NCBI GenBank assembly: GCA_038231235.1
Contig: JBBRLT010000003.1
Coordinates: 10,370 to 74,369 of the forward strand
Direction: 5' to 3'
Length of the DNA stretch: 64,000 nt
DNA from: Terriglobales bacterium
GTDB lineage: Bacteria > Acidobacteriota > Terriglobia > Terriglobales > Acidobacteriaceae
The translations under genes were made by a program, and so were the position numbers. The first letter of the stretch is position 1. Each line of letters begins with the position of its first letter. The notes beneath the pieces were generated by a model. That model worked only from the letters and a program-made list of their open reading frames with translations. It did not search any database and was not told the origin of the DNA. Of this stretch, positions 30,009 through 39,637 are shown piece by piece.

Positions 30009-31937
30009 TCACAGCAGGCGCGAGAGCACCTGGTTGGTGATCAGCGCGGCCACGTACGCCAGGCTGCTCATGTAACAGAACTGAATGATGGGCCACTTGA
30101 TGCTGTTGGTCTCGCGCCGCACCACAGCCAGGGTCGAGGTGCACTGCATGGCGAAGGCGAAGAACACCACCAGCGCGATGGCACCGCCGATGGTCATGTC
30201 GTGGCGCAACGCCGCCTGCAGGGTCAGCGACTGGGTGTGCGGGTCGACGCCGTAGAGCGTGCCCAGCGTGCCCACGATCACCTCGCGCGCAATGATGGAA
30301 CTGAGCAGGCCAATGCCAATCTTCCAGTTGAAGCCGAGGGGCCGCAGCACCGGCTCCACCCAGTGGCCGACCCGACCGATGACGCTATTGGTCAGCTCAG
30401 ACAAGTGGCCGCCATGAATCGGCAGAATGCTGAGCACCCACAGCACAAAGCTGACGCCGAGGATGACCGTGCCGGCTTTCTTCAGGAACAGGGAGCTACG
30501 GTCATAGAGACGCAGACCCAGCGAGCGCACCGTCGGCCAGCGATATTGCGGCAGCTCCAGGACAAAAGGCGCGGAGGATGCCTTAAGCACAGACGACTTG
30601 AGCAAGCGCGCCGTCGCCAGTGCTGCGGCGAAGCCCAGCACGTACAGACTGAGCATGACGCAGGCACGCAGCCCAATCAGGCTGCCCAGCACCGGACGGT
30701 TGGGGATAAAGGCCGTGATAATGAGCGTGTAGATGGGCAGCCGCGCAGAACAGGTCATGAAGGGCGCAACCAGGATGGTGGCGAGCCGGTCGCGCTTATT
30801 CTCAATGGTGCGGGTGGCCATGATGGCCGGCACCGCGCAGGCATAAGCAGAGAGCAGCGGGATGAACGCCTTGCCATTGAGGCCGATGGAGCGCATGAGC
30901 CGGTCCGCGATCAAAGCAGCGCGAGCCAGATAGCCCGAGTCTTCCAGCACGCCGATGAACAGGAAGAGCAACAGTATCTGTGGCAGAAACACCAGCACCG
31001 CCTGCACGCCGTGCCAGATGCCATCCTGGAGCAGGGCCTGCAGCCAGGGGATAGGGATATGCTGCGCCAGCCGTTCGCCGAGCACGGTGAGTGCGTCGCC
31101 CATCCAGTCACTGACCGGCTGCCCGATGGTGAAGACCACCTGGAACGTGGTGATGACGACGGCAAGGAAGATGAGCGGGCCCCACACGCGGTGCAGCAGA
31201 ACCGAGTCCAGCCGCCGCGTCCACAGCGGCGAAGCGGGCGCCTTGTACTTGGTGCGGCTACTCACCTGCGCTGCCCAGCGCCGGCACTCGCCGGGGTTTT
31301 GCAGCACCGGAAGCTGAACTGGCAGCACGGGCAGCGCGGGCTTGGCTTCGCCGTGGTGACCGCTCTGCTGGTTCAGGAAGCGCTCGATTGCGTCCATGCC
31401 CGTACCCTTGGCAGCGCTGATCAACGCCACGGGGCGTCCAAGCTCCTGCGCCAGCGCCAGCGGGTCAACCACTCCGCCGCGCGACTCCATCAGGTCAGCC
31501 ATGTTCAGCAGCACCATGGTGGGCAGGCCAAGCGCCAGGATGGGTCCGGCCAGCATCAACTGGCGGCTCAGGTTCAATGCGTCGAGCACAACCAACACCG
31601 CATCCGGGCGCGGTGTGCCGGGCATCTGGCCCTTCAACACATCGACCGCGACGCGTGCGTCTTCGGAGTAGGCGGAGAGGCTGTAGATGCCAGGCAAATC
31701 AATCAGCGTGAGGTCGTTGCGATGGATGCCGGACATGCGGCCGGAATGCTGCTCCACGGTGACGCCGGGATAGTTAGCGACCTTCTGGCGCAGGCCAGTC
31801 AATCGATTGAAGAGCGTGGACTTGCCGCTGTTGGGGGGCCCAATGAGGGCGACGGTACGGAAGCGGCCGCGGGGCGGCGCGTTCTTCGGCAGCCGCTCTT
31901 CGAGCAATGTCGCGGTGCCGGTCGTATGGCAGCTCAT
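30009..31937 (-). CDS. feoB: Ferrous iron transporter FeoB
   Basis: 642-aa ORF. N-terminal G-domain GPPNSGKSTLFNRLTG, DLPGIYSL, NMAD. Polytopic C-terminal permease. The start overlaps the feoA stop as ATGA. Confidence 0.9.
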   Translation of the reverse strand: MSCHTTGTATLLEERLPKNAPPRGRFRTVALIGPPNSGKSTLFNRLTGLRQKVANYPGVTVEQHSGRMSGIHRNDLTLIDLPGIYSLSAYSEDARVAVDVLKGQMPGTPRPDAVLVVLDALNLSRQLMLAGPILALGLPTMVLLNMADLMESRGGVVDPLALAQELGRPVALISAAKGTGMDAIERFLNQQSGHHGEAKPALPVLPVQLPVLQNPGECRRWAAQVSSRTKYKAPASPLWTRRLDSVLLHRVWGPLIFLAVVITTFQVVFTIGQPVSDWMGDALTVLGERLAQHIPIPWLQALLQDGIWHGVQAVLVFLPQILLLFLFIGVLEDSGYLARAALIADRLMRSIGLNGKAFIPLLSAYACAVPAIMATRTIENKRDRLATILVAPFMTCSARLPIYTLIITAFIPNRPVLGSLIGLRACVMLSLYVLGFAAALATARLLKSSVLKASSAPFVLELPQYRWPTVRSLGLRLYDRSSLFLKKAGTVILGVSFVLWVLSILPIHGGHLSELTNSVIGRVGHWVEPVLRPLGFNWKIGIGLLSSIIAREVIVGTLGTLYGVDPHTQSLTLQAALRHDMTIGGAIALVVFFAFAMQCTSTLAVVRRETNSIKWPIIQFCYMSSLAYVAALITNQVLSRLL

Positions 31938-32215
31938 GCTGGAACCTGGGCTTCAGCGATGCTCCGCGGCCTGACTTGAATGTGACATGCCGTCTCGCGG
32001 CGCAGCGCAATCTCCGCGCCTTCAATGCGGTAGACAGTAGGGTCCCCAGCTGGGGCACGGCGCAGCACAGCGATGCTGGCGTCCGGCAGAAAGCCAAGGT
32101 GCATCAGATGGTCGCCCACCTCGCCTGGCAGATCGAGCGAGGCGACCACGGCGGATGCTCCCACCGGGATCTCACTCAGCGCCATGCACCGCACCTCTGG
32201 CACGTCCGTAGGCAT
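31934..32215 (-). CDS. feoA: FeoA-family small protein
   Basis: The C-terminal 83-93 aa of the ORF (…MALSEIPVGASAVVASLDLPGEVGDHLMHLGFLPDASIAVLRRAPAGDPTVYRIEG) are SH3-like FeoA. Start at ATG 32215 (after GGAG), or ATG 32185. The rest of the 265-aa ORF is Arg/Ser-rich and unlikely to be coding. Confidence 0.75.
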   Translation of the reverse strand: MPTDVPEVRCMALSEIPVGASAVVASLDLPGEVGDHLMHLGFLPDASIAVLRRAPAGDPTVYRIEGAEIALRRETACHIQVRPRSIAEAQVPA

Positions 32216-32303
32216 TTCACTCCAAAGGCGACCGAAGGAGTCGCATATAGAGACTATAGATGGCCGGCGCGAAAACGCCAAGTGCCGTGAGCGGGCAAAC
32301 GGC

Positions 32304-32825
32304 CTAAGGAGCGATGCGAACCAACTGCTCGACTGGCTCGCGCGGACCCAGGATGGAGACGTCCGGCAGGACTCCGTGTGCCATAGCCACCTCATCGCAG
32401 CAGTGCAGGCGCGGGCAGCTCTGGCAGTCCTTATAGATCTTGTCGGGCAGGGCAGCGCGATCTTCCACGGTGAAGAATCCAAAGTTCTGGAAGAACTCCG
32501 GAATGCGCGTGAACAGACACACACAGCCGACGCCGTGCTGCTCTGCCTCTTCAAGCAAGGCATGAAGCAGATCCTGCCCCCGGCCGCAGCCCTTCCATTC
32601 TGGACGCACCACGATGGAGCGCACTTCAGCGAGGTGAGGGCCGTAGAGATGCAGAGCCCCGCAGCCCTGGAACTCGCCCGAGTTCGACTCGACGATGGTG
32701 AAGTCGCGAATGTTCTCGCATATCTCTGCAAAGGGCCGGCTCAGCAGCGTTCCATCGCCGGAGAGGCTGTTCACCAGCGCGTGGACCTTCTCCGCATCCT
32801 GCAGGCGCGCTTTACGAATGGACAA
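32304..32825 (-). CDS. GNAT acetyltransferase, probable short N-acetylglutamate synthase, translationally coupled to argH
   Basis: 173-aa product from a TTG at 32825 preceded by GGAGG (6-nt spacer). It overlaps the argH 3' end by 14 nt. GNAT acetyl-CoA motif VRPEWKGCGRGQDLL. Cys-rich tail KDCQSCPRLHCCDE. Last gene of the arg operon. Confidence 0.65.
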   Translation of the reverse strand: MSIRKARLQDAEKVHALVNSLSGDGTLLSRPFAEICENIRDFTIVESNSGEFQGCGALHLYGPHLAEVRSIVVRPEWKGCGRGQDLLHALLEEAEQHGVGCVCLFTRIPEFFQNFGFFTVEDRAALPDKIYKDCQSCPRLHCCDEVAMAHGVLPDVSILGPREPVEQLVRIAP

Positions 32826-34236
32826 CGGCTGCCTCCAGTTCTGGCGATGTCTTCGCGACCAGCCGCTGCTTGGCCTCGGCAACGGCTGCATGCACACGAG
32901 CACGGGCCGTGCCGCCGATCACGTCATGGCAATCAAGCGTCGCTGTGAGGGTGATGCTGGCATAGAAGTCTTCGCCGAATGCAGGAGAAAGCTGCCGCAG
33001 TTCGGGAAGGGTGATGTCGTCGAGCTCGCACTCCTTGTCGAGTGAGAGACGCACCGCCTCGCCGATAATGTGGTGCGCGCGGCGGAAGGGAACGCCACGA
33101 TGGGCGAGGTAGGTAGCCGCAGCCATCGCGTTCAGGAAGCCGCTCTGTGCGGCTGCTTCCATGCGATCGAGACGGAATGCGAGCGCTGCGGTAAAGCGTG
33201 CCAACAGATCGAGCATGGGCAGCAGGGAAGACGTTGCGTCGAACAGGGGCGGCTGCATCTCCTGCAGGTCCTTGTTGTAGGCCAGTGGCAGGCCCTTGAG
33301 CTGCATCGCCACTGCCTGCGCGGCCGCAGTGATCCGGCCAGTACGGCCGCGAACCAGTTCGGTTAGGTCAGGATTCTTCTTCTGCGGCATCGCGCTGGAG
33401 CCGGTAGAGAATGCCTCGGGCAGGGTGACAAATCCAAACTCTGCCGTGGCGAAGAGCGTGATCTCCTCAGCGAAGCGGCTGGCATGCAGCGCGATGGTGG
33501 AAAGCGCTTGCAGAAACTCGATCAGGAAGTCGCGGTCGCTGGTGGCATCGATGCTGTTGCTGGTAGGCGCAGTAAAGCCGAGCTCCCGCGCGGCGAGCGT
33601 ACGGTCCAGCGCCAGCGTGGCGCCAGCGACTGCGCCCGAGCCGAGCGGGCAGTAGTTGAGCCGCCGCGTAAGATCGTCAAGGCGGCTGATATCGCGCTCC
33701 AGCATGGAGACGTAGGCCAGCAGCCAGTGGGCAACCAGGACCGGCTCAGCGCGCTGCAAGTGGGTGTAAGCGGGCATTACTGCTTCACCCACGAACTCTG
33801 CCTGCTCGACCAGCGCAGTTGCCCATGCGTGCAGAAGCCGCTGCCCGTTCGCTGCCTGCTCGCGCACGTAAAGGCGCAAGTCGGTGGCGATCTGCTCATT
33901 ACGGCTGCGCCCGGTGTGGAGCTTCAGTGCCAACTCGCCAATGCGCTCGGTCAGTTCCAATTCGACGAAGTGGTGCACATCCTCCGCACGCTCATCTGCG
34001 GCGAGGAGGGCACGGCGCGGCGAGTGCCAGAAGTCTGCAAGCACAGCATCGAGCGCGTCGCGGACCGTGGTGGACTCAGCAGATGTGAGGATGCCCGCTG
34101 CGGCCAGCACCGTGGCGTGCGCCTTGCTGGCAGCAATCTCCTGCGGGAGCAACTGCCAGTCAAAGCCGAAAGATCGTTGCCACTGTTCGAAGGCCGCATC
34201 GAGCGGCTCGCGAAAGCGGCCAGACCACATCTTCAC
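32812..34236 (-). CDS. argH: Argininosuccinate lyase
   Basis: 474-aa ORF starting MKMWSGRF. Fumarate-lyase signature GSSAMPQKKNPD. GTGA overlap with the argG stop. Confidence 0.92.
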   Translation of the reverse strand: MKMWSGRFREPLDAAFEQWQRSFGFDWQLLPQEIAASKAHATVLAAAGILTSAESTTVRDALDAVLADFWHSPRRALLAADERAEDVHHFVELELTERIGELALKLHTGRSRNEQIATDLRLYVREQAANGQRLLHAWATALVEQAEFVGEAVMPAYTHLQRAEPVLVAHWLLAYVSMLERDISRLDDLTRRLNYCPLGSGAVAGATLALDRTLAARELGFTAPTSNSIDATSDRDFLIEFLQALSTIALHASRFAEEITLFATAEFGFVTLPEAFSTGSSAMPQKKNPDLTELVRGRTGRITAAAQAVAMQLKGLPLAYNKDLQEMQPPLFDATSSLLPMLDLLARFTAALAFRLDRMEAAAQSGFLNAMAAATYLAHRGVPFRRAHHIIGEAVRLSLDKECELDDITLPELRQLSPAFGEDFYASITLTATLDCHDVIGGTARARVHAAVAEAKQRLVAKTSPELEAAVVHS

Positions 34237-35447
34237 TTCACAACCTCTTTCTGCTTCTGCAACAGCCGGGCGCGGGTGCGCGCCGGCAACCCGAGGATCT
34301 GGATGAAGCCCTTGGCATCCTTCTGATCGTAGCTCTCGCCCATGGTGAACGACGAGAGGTCGGTCGAGTAAAGCGAGAGCGCAGAGGCCCGGCTGGCGAT
34401 ACTGAGGTTACCCTTGTAGAGCGAGAGTGTGACTGTTCCCGTAACGTTCTGTTGCGTCTGATGCACGAAGGCGTCAAAGGCCTCGCGCAGCGGCGTGAAC
34501 CAGAGGCCGTTGTAGACCAGCTCCGCGTACTGAAGTGCAACATGCTGCTTGTAGTGCGCGACTGCGCGGTCCAGGGTCAGTGCTTCGAGCTCCCGATGGG
34601 CAGCGACGATCAGCGTGCCCCCGGGCGTCTCATAGCAGCCGCGGCTCTTCATGCCCACGAAGCGATTCTCTACCAGGTCGATGCGGCCGATGGCGTTGCG
34701 CGCACCGATCTCGTTCAACAACTCCACCAGTTGCACCGGCGGCAGCTCCATGCCATCGACCGAGACAGGTGTCCCTTCACGGAACCCGATGGTCACCTGC
34801 TCCTCGCGGTCGGGCGCTTCCTGTGGCGAGCGGGTCATGGTCCAGGTGGTGGGGAAGGGCGCGTTCCCCGCGTCTTCGAGCTCGCCGCCCTCGTGGCTCA
34901 CATGCCACAGGTTGCGATCGCGCGAGTGAATCTTCTCTCGGCTGGCGGTCACGGTGATGCCATGGGCCTCGGCATAGTCCAGGCAGTCTTCACGGCTTTT
35001 CAGCGTCCACTCCCGCCACGGCGCGATCACTTTCAGCTCCGGCGCCAGCGCCTGGTAGGCATGCTCGAAGCGCACCTGATCGTTGCCCTTGCCGGTGCAG
35101 CCGTGGGCGACCCAAGAAGCGCCCTCAGCCAGAGCAACCTCCACCTGATGCTTCGCGATGACTGGCCGCGCGATGGAGGTGCCCAGCAGGTATTTGTCCT
35201 CATACACCGCGCCGGCCTGCACGGTGGGGAAGACATAGTCGCGCACAAATTCGTCGCGCAGATCGCGTACTACTACCTTCTTCGCGCCCGTCTTGTGGGC
35301 CTTCTCGACCACCGCGTCGATGTCTTCGCCCTGCCCCACATCGGCTACCATGGCGATCACGTCGAGGCCATAATGCTCGTTGAGCCAGGGAATGATGATG
35401 GAGGTGTCGAGTCCCCCGGAATATGCCAGCACTACTTTGTCGGCCAT
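34233..35447 (-). CDS. argG: Argininosuccinate synthase
   Basis: 404-aa ORF. ATP-binding AYSGGLDTS, GCTGKGNDQVRF and GRIDLVENRFVGMKSRG. Confidence 0.93.
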   Translation of the reverse strand: MADKVVLAYSGGLDTSIIIPWLNEHYGLDVIAMVADVGQGEDIDAVVEKAHKTGAKKVVVRDLRDEFVRDYVFPTVQAGAVYEDKYLLGTSIARPVIAKHQVEVALAEGASWVAHGCTGKGNDQVRFEHAYQALAPELKVIAPWREWTLKSREDCLDYAEAHGITVTASREKIHSRDRNLWHVSHEGGELEDAGNAPFPTTWTMTRSPQEAPDREEQVTIGFREGTPVSVDGMELPPVQLVELLNEIGARNAIGRIDLVENRFVGMKSRGCYETPGGTLIVAAHRELEALTLDRAVAHYKQHVALQYAELVYNGLWFTPLREAFDAFVHQTQQNVTGTVTLSLYKGNLSIASRASALSLYSTDLSSFTMGESYDQKDAKGFIQILGLPARTRARLLQKQKEVVK

Positions 35448-35462
35448 GAATCTCTCCTGAAA

Positions 35463-36539
35463 TTATTGTTGCCAGTTGGCAAGCGCACGGCGGCGCGCGG
35501 ACCTGGGCGCCTTGCGGCGCTCCGGAGTGACAGAGGCGCCCAGTAGCATCAGCAGGATGGCCTTTTGTGCGTGCATTCGGTTCTCTGCCTGATCGAAGAC
35601 GATGGACTGCGGCCCGTCCAGCACCTGATCGGTCACCTCGGCATTGCGATGCGCGGGCAGGCAATGCATGAAGACGGCATGCTGTGCGGCACGCGCCATC
35701 AGGTTCTCATTCACTTGATACGGCTTGAAGAGCGGCGCACGTTTGGTGGCTTCATGCTCAAAGCCCATGCTGGTACAGATATCGGTGTAGACCGCATCTG
35801 CGCCGGTGACGGCAGCGTGTGCATCTTCCATCAACGTGAGCGAACCGCCCACGTCGCTGAGGATGGCGTTTGCCTTGGCAACGATCTCTGCCTTCGGTCC
35901 GTAGTTCTTGGGCGTGGCTACGATGCAGTTCGCGCCCAGCAATGCTGCAGTCAACATCAGCGAGTGACACACGTTGTTGCCATCGCCCACGTAGACGAAC
36001 TTGAGGCCGCGCACGGTGCCGAACTTCTCTTCGAGCGTCATGAAGTCGGCCAGCGCCTGGCAGGGATGTTCGAGGTCGCTTAGCGCATTGATGACTGGGA
36101 CGGCAGCATACTGCGCCATCTCCGTAATGGTGTCATGGGAGTAGGTGCGCAGCACGATGGCGTCCACCCACCGCTCGACATTGCGCGACATATCTCCCAG
36201 CGACTCGCGCTCGCCCAGCGGGGATTGCGTCTGGTCAACGAAGATCGCGTTGCCGCCGAGGGTGTTGATGGCCGCCTCAAAGGTAAGGCGCGTACGCAGC
36301 GACTGCTTCTCGAAAAACATCACGAGTTGTTTGCCATCGAGCACGCGGCGGTAGTCATGCGGGTGTGCCTTGACGGCATGGGCGAGCTTGAGTACAGCGG
36401 CGATTTCGCCGGCAGAGAAATCTGCAATCGAGCAGAGGTCGCTGCCTGCCAGCGACTTTGCAGCCAGTGCATAGGGGCCGGTGGCAACGTGCCGCCGGGG
36501 CGGGGCAGCTGGTTTCAATACATAGGCGTTAGCGGCCAT
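35463..36539 (-). CDS. argF: Ornithine carbamoyltransferase
   Basis: Start at ATG 36539, overlapping the argD 3' end by 11 nt. Carbamoyl-phosphate motif SLRTR (STRTR variant) and HPCQ. Ornithine motifs DICTSMG (DxxxSMG) and HCLP. Confidence 0.88.
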   Translation of the reverse strand: MAANAYVLKPAAPPRRHVATGPYALAAKSLAGSDLCSIADFSAGEIAAVLKLAHAVKAHPHDYRRVLDGKQLVMFFEKQSLRTRLTFEAAINTLGGNAIFVDQTQSPLGERESLGDMSRNVERWVDAIVLRTYSHDTITEMAQYAAVPVINALSDLEHPCQALADFMTLEEKFGTVRGLKFVYVGDGNNVCHSLMLTAALLGANCIVATPKNYGPKAEIVAKANAILSDVGGSLTLMEDAHAAVTGADAVYTDICTSMGFEHEATKRAPLFKPYQVNENLMARAAQHAVFMHCLPAHRNAEVTDQVLDGPQSIVFDQAENRMHAQKAILLMLLGASVTPERRKAPRSARRRALANWQQ

Positions 36540-37809
36540 GGGGTGTGTCTCCCTCGTATGTGTGTTCAGAGGCATGGCCGGCGATCGCCGGCGCATGCTG
36601 ATGCAGAATGTCGTCAAGCGCGGCGATCGCAAGATCCACATGCGATGGCCCCAGGATGTAGGGGGGCAGAAAGCGCAGCACTGTTTCGCTGGTCCGGTTG
36701 ATGAGGATGCGCCGCTCCATCATGGCTGCGGCCACAGATTTGGCGAGGTCCGCCGTCGACAGCTCAAGTGCGAGCATGAGCCCCATGCCACGCGCTTCCA
36801 CCACAGTTGCGTGCTCGGCTGCCAGCCGGTCCAGTTGGGCACGGAAGTAGCCACCCACCTCCGTGATGTGGTCGAGCAGCTTCTGCTCTTCCATGGTATC
36901 GATCACAGCGCAGGCTACTGCGCAGGCCAGCGGCCCACCGCCAAAGGTGGTGCCGTGCAGGCCGGGCTGCATGGCGCGCGCGACTTCTTCGGTGCACAGC
37001 ATAGCGCCCAGCGGCAGGCCACCGGCCATTGGCTTGGCCAGTGTGGTGATGTCCGGCTGTATGCCGTAGTGCTGATACGCACACCACTTGCCGGTGCGGC
37101 CAAGGCCAGACTGGATCTCGTCGAGAATCAACAGCGCGCCAGTAGATGAGGCAAGCTCACGCGCGGCCGCGAGGAACTCCTGCGAGACAGGGCGAATACC
37201 TCCCTCGCCTTGCACGGCCTCGATGCAGATGGCGCAGATATCTTCAGAGGACTGCGCGCGCAGCGCATCCACATCGTCGAAGGGAATGAAGGTTACGCCG
37301 GGCATCACCGGCATGAATGGCGCGCGGTACTTCTCCTTTTCCGTCGTGGCGATGGAGCCCATAGTGCGGCCATGAAAGCTGTGGTCAAGCGCGAGAAAGG
37401 TGGTGCCAATGCGCGCACCCTCGCCGCGGCGCATGCCCGCATAGAGCCGCGCCAGCTTCAGCGCCGCCTCCCACGCCTCCGTCCCACTGTTTGAAAAGAA
37501 GGCGCGATCCATGCCCGTGCGTTCAGTGAGCCGCGCGGCCAGCGCAGCCTGGCCGGGGTGATAGAAGAGGTTCGAGACGTGCAGCAGCTTGCGGCTCTGC
37601 TCGGCGATGGCCTGCTCGATTGCGGGATGACTGTAGCCCAGCGCGTTGACGCCGATGCCGCTCAACAGGTCGAGATAGCGGTTGCCCTGCTCGTCGATAA
37701 GGTGCACGCCCTCACCGCTGACGAAGAGCACCGGATTGCGCTCGTAGGTCTGCAACAACAACTTCGCTTCTGCTGCCTGCAGCGCGGGCAGACTGCCAAA
37801 ATAATTCAT
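36529..37809 (-). CDS. argD: Acetylornithine aminotransferase (class III PLP aminotransferase)
   Basis: 426-aa ORF. LILDEIQSGLGRTGK, and the PLP-Lys region DITTLAKPMAGGLP. ATGA overlap with the argB stop. Confidence 0.88.
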   Translation of the reverse strand: MNYFGSLPALQAAEAKLLLQTYERNPVLFVSGEGVHLIDEQGNRYLDLLSGIGVNALGYSHPAIEQAIAEQSRKLLHVSNLFYHPGQAALAARLTERTGMDRAFFSNSGTEAWEAALKLARLYAGMRRGEGARIGTTFLALDHSFHGRTMGSIATTEKEKYRAPFMPVMPGVTFIPFDDVDALRAQSSEDICAICIEAVQGEGGIRPVSQEFLAAARELASSTGALLILDEIQSGLGRTGKWCAYQHYGIQPDITTLAKPMAGGLPLGAMLCTEEVARAMQPGLHGTTFGGGPLACAVACAVIDTMEEQKLLDHITEVGGYFRAQLDRLAAEHATVVEARGMGLMLALELSTADLAKSVAAAMMERRILINRTSETVLRFLPPYILGPSHVDLAIAALDDILHQHAPAIAGHASEHTYEGDTPHGR

Positions 37810-38588
37810 GCGAACAGCACCTCCGTTCCCTGGGTCACGCGGCTCTGCAGCAGGTCCGGCATGGATGCCGCAGCCTCTGCCGGAAGGATGCGCACACGCT
37901 TGACGCCGTGCAGCAGGGCCTCACGGCAGGCACCGAGCTTGGGCAGCATGCCGCCGCTGATGATGGAGTCGCGAGTAAGCGCAGCAATCTGATCCACGCT
38001 GAGCCAGCGTATGATCTCGCCGTCTGCGCCACGCACTCCGGGCACGTCGGTGAGGAAGATCAACGCATCCGCGTGCGCAGCAACGGCACAGGCGGCGGCC
38101 ATCTCATCTGCATTGATGTTGTAGTACTCGCCGTCGAAGCCGAGGGCGAGGCTGGAGAGTACAGGCACGGCGCCCATCTGCCAGATGGCTTCGAGCCAGC
38201 GCGGGTCGGAGCTGACGATCTCGCCCACGAAGCCAAGGTCGGGCGCGCTGCGCTTTTTGCGCGCGCGGAAGATCAGGCCATCGCCGCCGGAGAGCCCGAC
38301 AGCGGGTTGCCCATGTGCGCCCAGCGATGCCACCAGCGCCTTGTTGACTCGCCCGGCAAGCACCATCAGCGCGGTATCGCGCGTCTCGGCGTCGGTGATG
38401 CGCAGCCCGGCGATGAACTCGCTCTGCTTACCCAGTTGCTTGAGGGTGCGGGTCAGTGCCACGCCGCCCCCATGCACAACGGCCACCTGATGACCATCGC
38501 GCGCCAGCTCCACGATGGCCAGGGCACACCCGTGCAGGGTCGCTGCGTTCTCCAGCGCGGTGCCCCCCAACTTCACCACATATCTCAT
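37806..38588 (-). CDS. argB: Acetylglutamate kinase
   Basis: Start at ATG 38588 (MRYVVKLGGTALEN), overlapping the argC stop as ATGA. AAK-family motifs VVHGGG and NINADEMAA. Confidence 0.9.
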   Translation of the reverse strand: MRYVVKLGGTALENAATLHGCALAIVELARDGHQVAVVHGGGVALTRTLKQLGKQSEFIAGLRITDAETRDTALMVLAGRVNKALVASLGAHGQPAVGLSGGDGLIFRARKKRSAPDLGFVGEIVSSDPRWLEAIWQMGAVPVLSSLALGFDGEYYNINADEMAAACAVAAHADALIFLTDVPGVRGADGEIIRWLSVDQIAALTRDSIISGGMLPKLGACREALLHGVKRVRILPAEAAASMPDLLQSRVTQGTEVLFA

Positions 38589-39637
38589 AGCAAACCTTCC
38601 GTCTCCTGCCATCCACACATCAGGTTCAGGTTCTGCACTGCCTGGCCGGCTGCGCCCTTCAGCAGGTTGTCCAGGCAGCTGATGACGATCAATCGTCGTC
38701 CGTCCGACGCTAATTGGAAGCCAAGGTCGCAGAAGTTGGTGCGCACCACGTGCTGGATCTGCGGCATGCTGCCTGCCGGATGGACGCGCACCATCGGACT
38801 GTCCGCGTAAAACGCCCGCAACAATGCTTCGGTCTCTGCCGGGCTTTGCTGCTGACGCAGGCTGAGGTAGATCGTAGAGAGTATGCCGCGGGGAATCGGC
38901 AGCAGGTGCGGCGTGAAGATGATGTCATCGGCAGTGACGTCCAGTTGCTCCAACAACTCGCCGGTGTGGCGATGGCTGAAGAGCCCGTAGGCGGAGAGAT
39001 TATCGGCCGCGTGCATGAAGTGCGTCGTTGCGGTGGGCTCCTTGCCCGCGCCGGAGACGCCGGACTTGGCATCGCACACTATCCCGCGCGCCAAATCGAT
39101 CCACCCTGCGGATACAAATGGTTTCAGCGCGAGGATGATGGATGTCGCATAGCAACCGGGGTTGGCGACCAGGCGTGCCTTGGCAATAGCGGCGCGCTGC
39201 AGCTCTGGCATGCCGTAAACGCTGGCGGCCTGCGTCTGGTTCGCGTGCGCAGAGCCTTCATCAGAGAACTGATAGACGGCGCGGCTCGCCGGGTCTGCCA
39301 GACGCCAAGCACCGCTGAGGTCAATCACGCGCAGGCCACGCGCAAGTGCCTCGGGCACATAGTGGCGCGACTGCTCATGAGGCGTCGCGAACAATAGCAG
39401 CTTTACACGCCGCGCAGCGAGCAGCTCCCAGGAGAATGGCTCGACGCAAAGCTGATCCTGGCTGAGCCCGGCAAGTTCGGGATGCATGCTGGTCAGCGAC
39501 TCTTGCACGCAGCCTTCACGTCCCAGGAAAAGGGGTGATGTGCTCGCGAGACGCGGATGGCGCAACAGCAGGCGCGCCAGCTCCGCACCGGCGTAGCCGC
39601 TCACTCCCATTAGCGCGGTTTGGATTGCAGTCGTCAA
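38585..39637 (-). CDS. argC: N-acetyl-gamma-glutamyl-phosphate reductase
   Basis: Start placed at TTG 39637, which overlaps the argR stop as TTGA and follows GGAAGGA. NAD-binding LMGVSGYAGAEL. Active-site region VANPGCYATS. Confidence 0.86.
   Translation of the reverse strand: MTTAIQTALMGVSGYAGAELARLLLRHPRLASTSPLFLGREGCVQESLTSMHPELAGLSQDQLCVEPFSWELLAARRVKLLLFATPHEQSRHYVPEALARGLRVIDLSGAWRLADPASRAVYQFSDEGSAHANQTQAASVYGMPELQRAAIAKARLVANPGCYATSIILALKPFVSAGWIDLARGIVCDAKSGVSGAGKEPTATTHFMHAADNLSAYGLFSHRHTGELLEQLDVTADDIIFTPHLLPIPRGILSTIYLSLRQQQSPAETEALLRAFYADSPMVRVHPAGSMPQIQHVVRTNFCDLGFQLASDGRRLIVISCLDNLLKGAAGQAVQNLNLMCGWQETEGLL

Noticed and set aside
29997-31979. 660-aa ORF on the + strand covering the whole feoB region
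   Set aside because: It is antisense to a gene with clear FeoB G-domain and permease motifs. Its translation is Arg/Gly/Ala/His/Gln-rich low complexity with no motif. This is the typical shadow ORF of high-GC DNA.
35463-36539. argF as an acetyl- or succinyl-ornithine transcarbamylase, which would explain the missing argE/argJ
   Set aside because: The canonical ornithine-binding motifs DxxxSMG (DICTSMG) and HCLP are present, which points to an ordinary OTCase.
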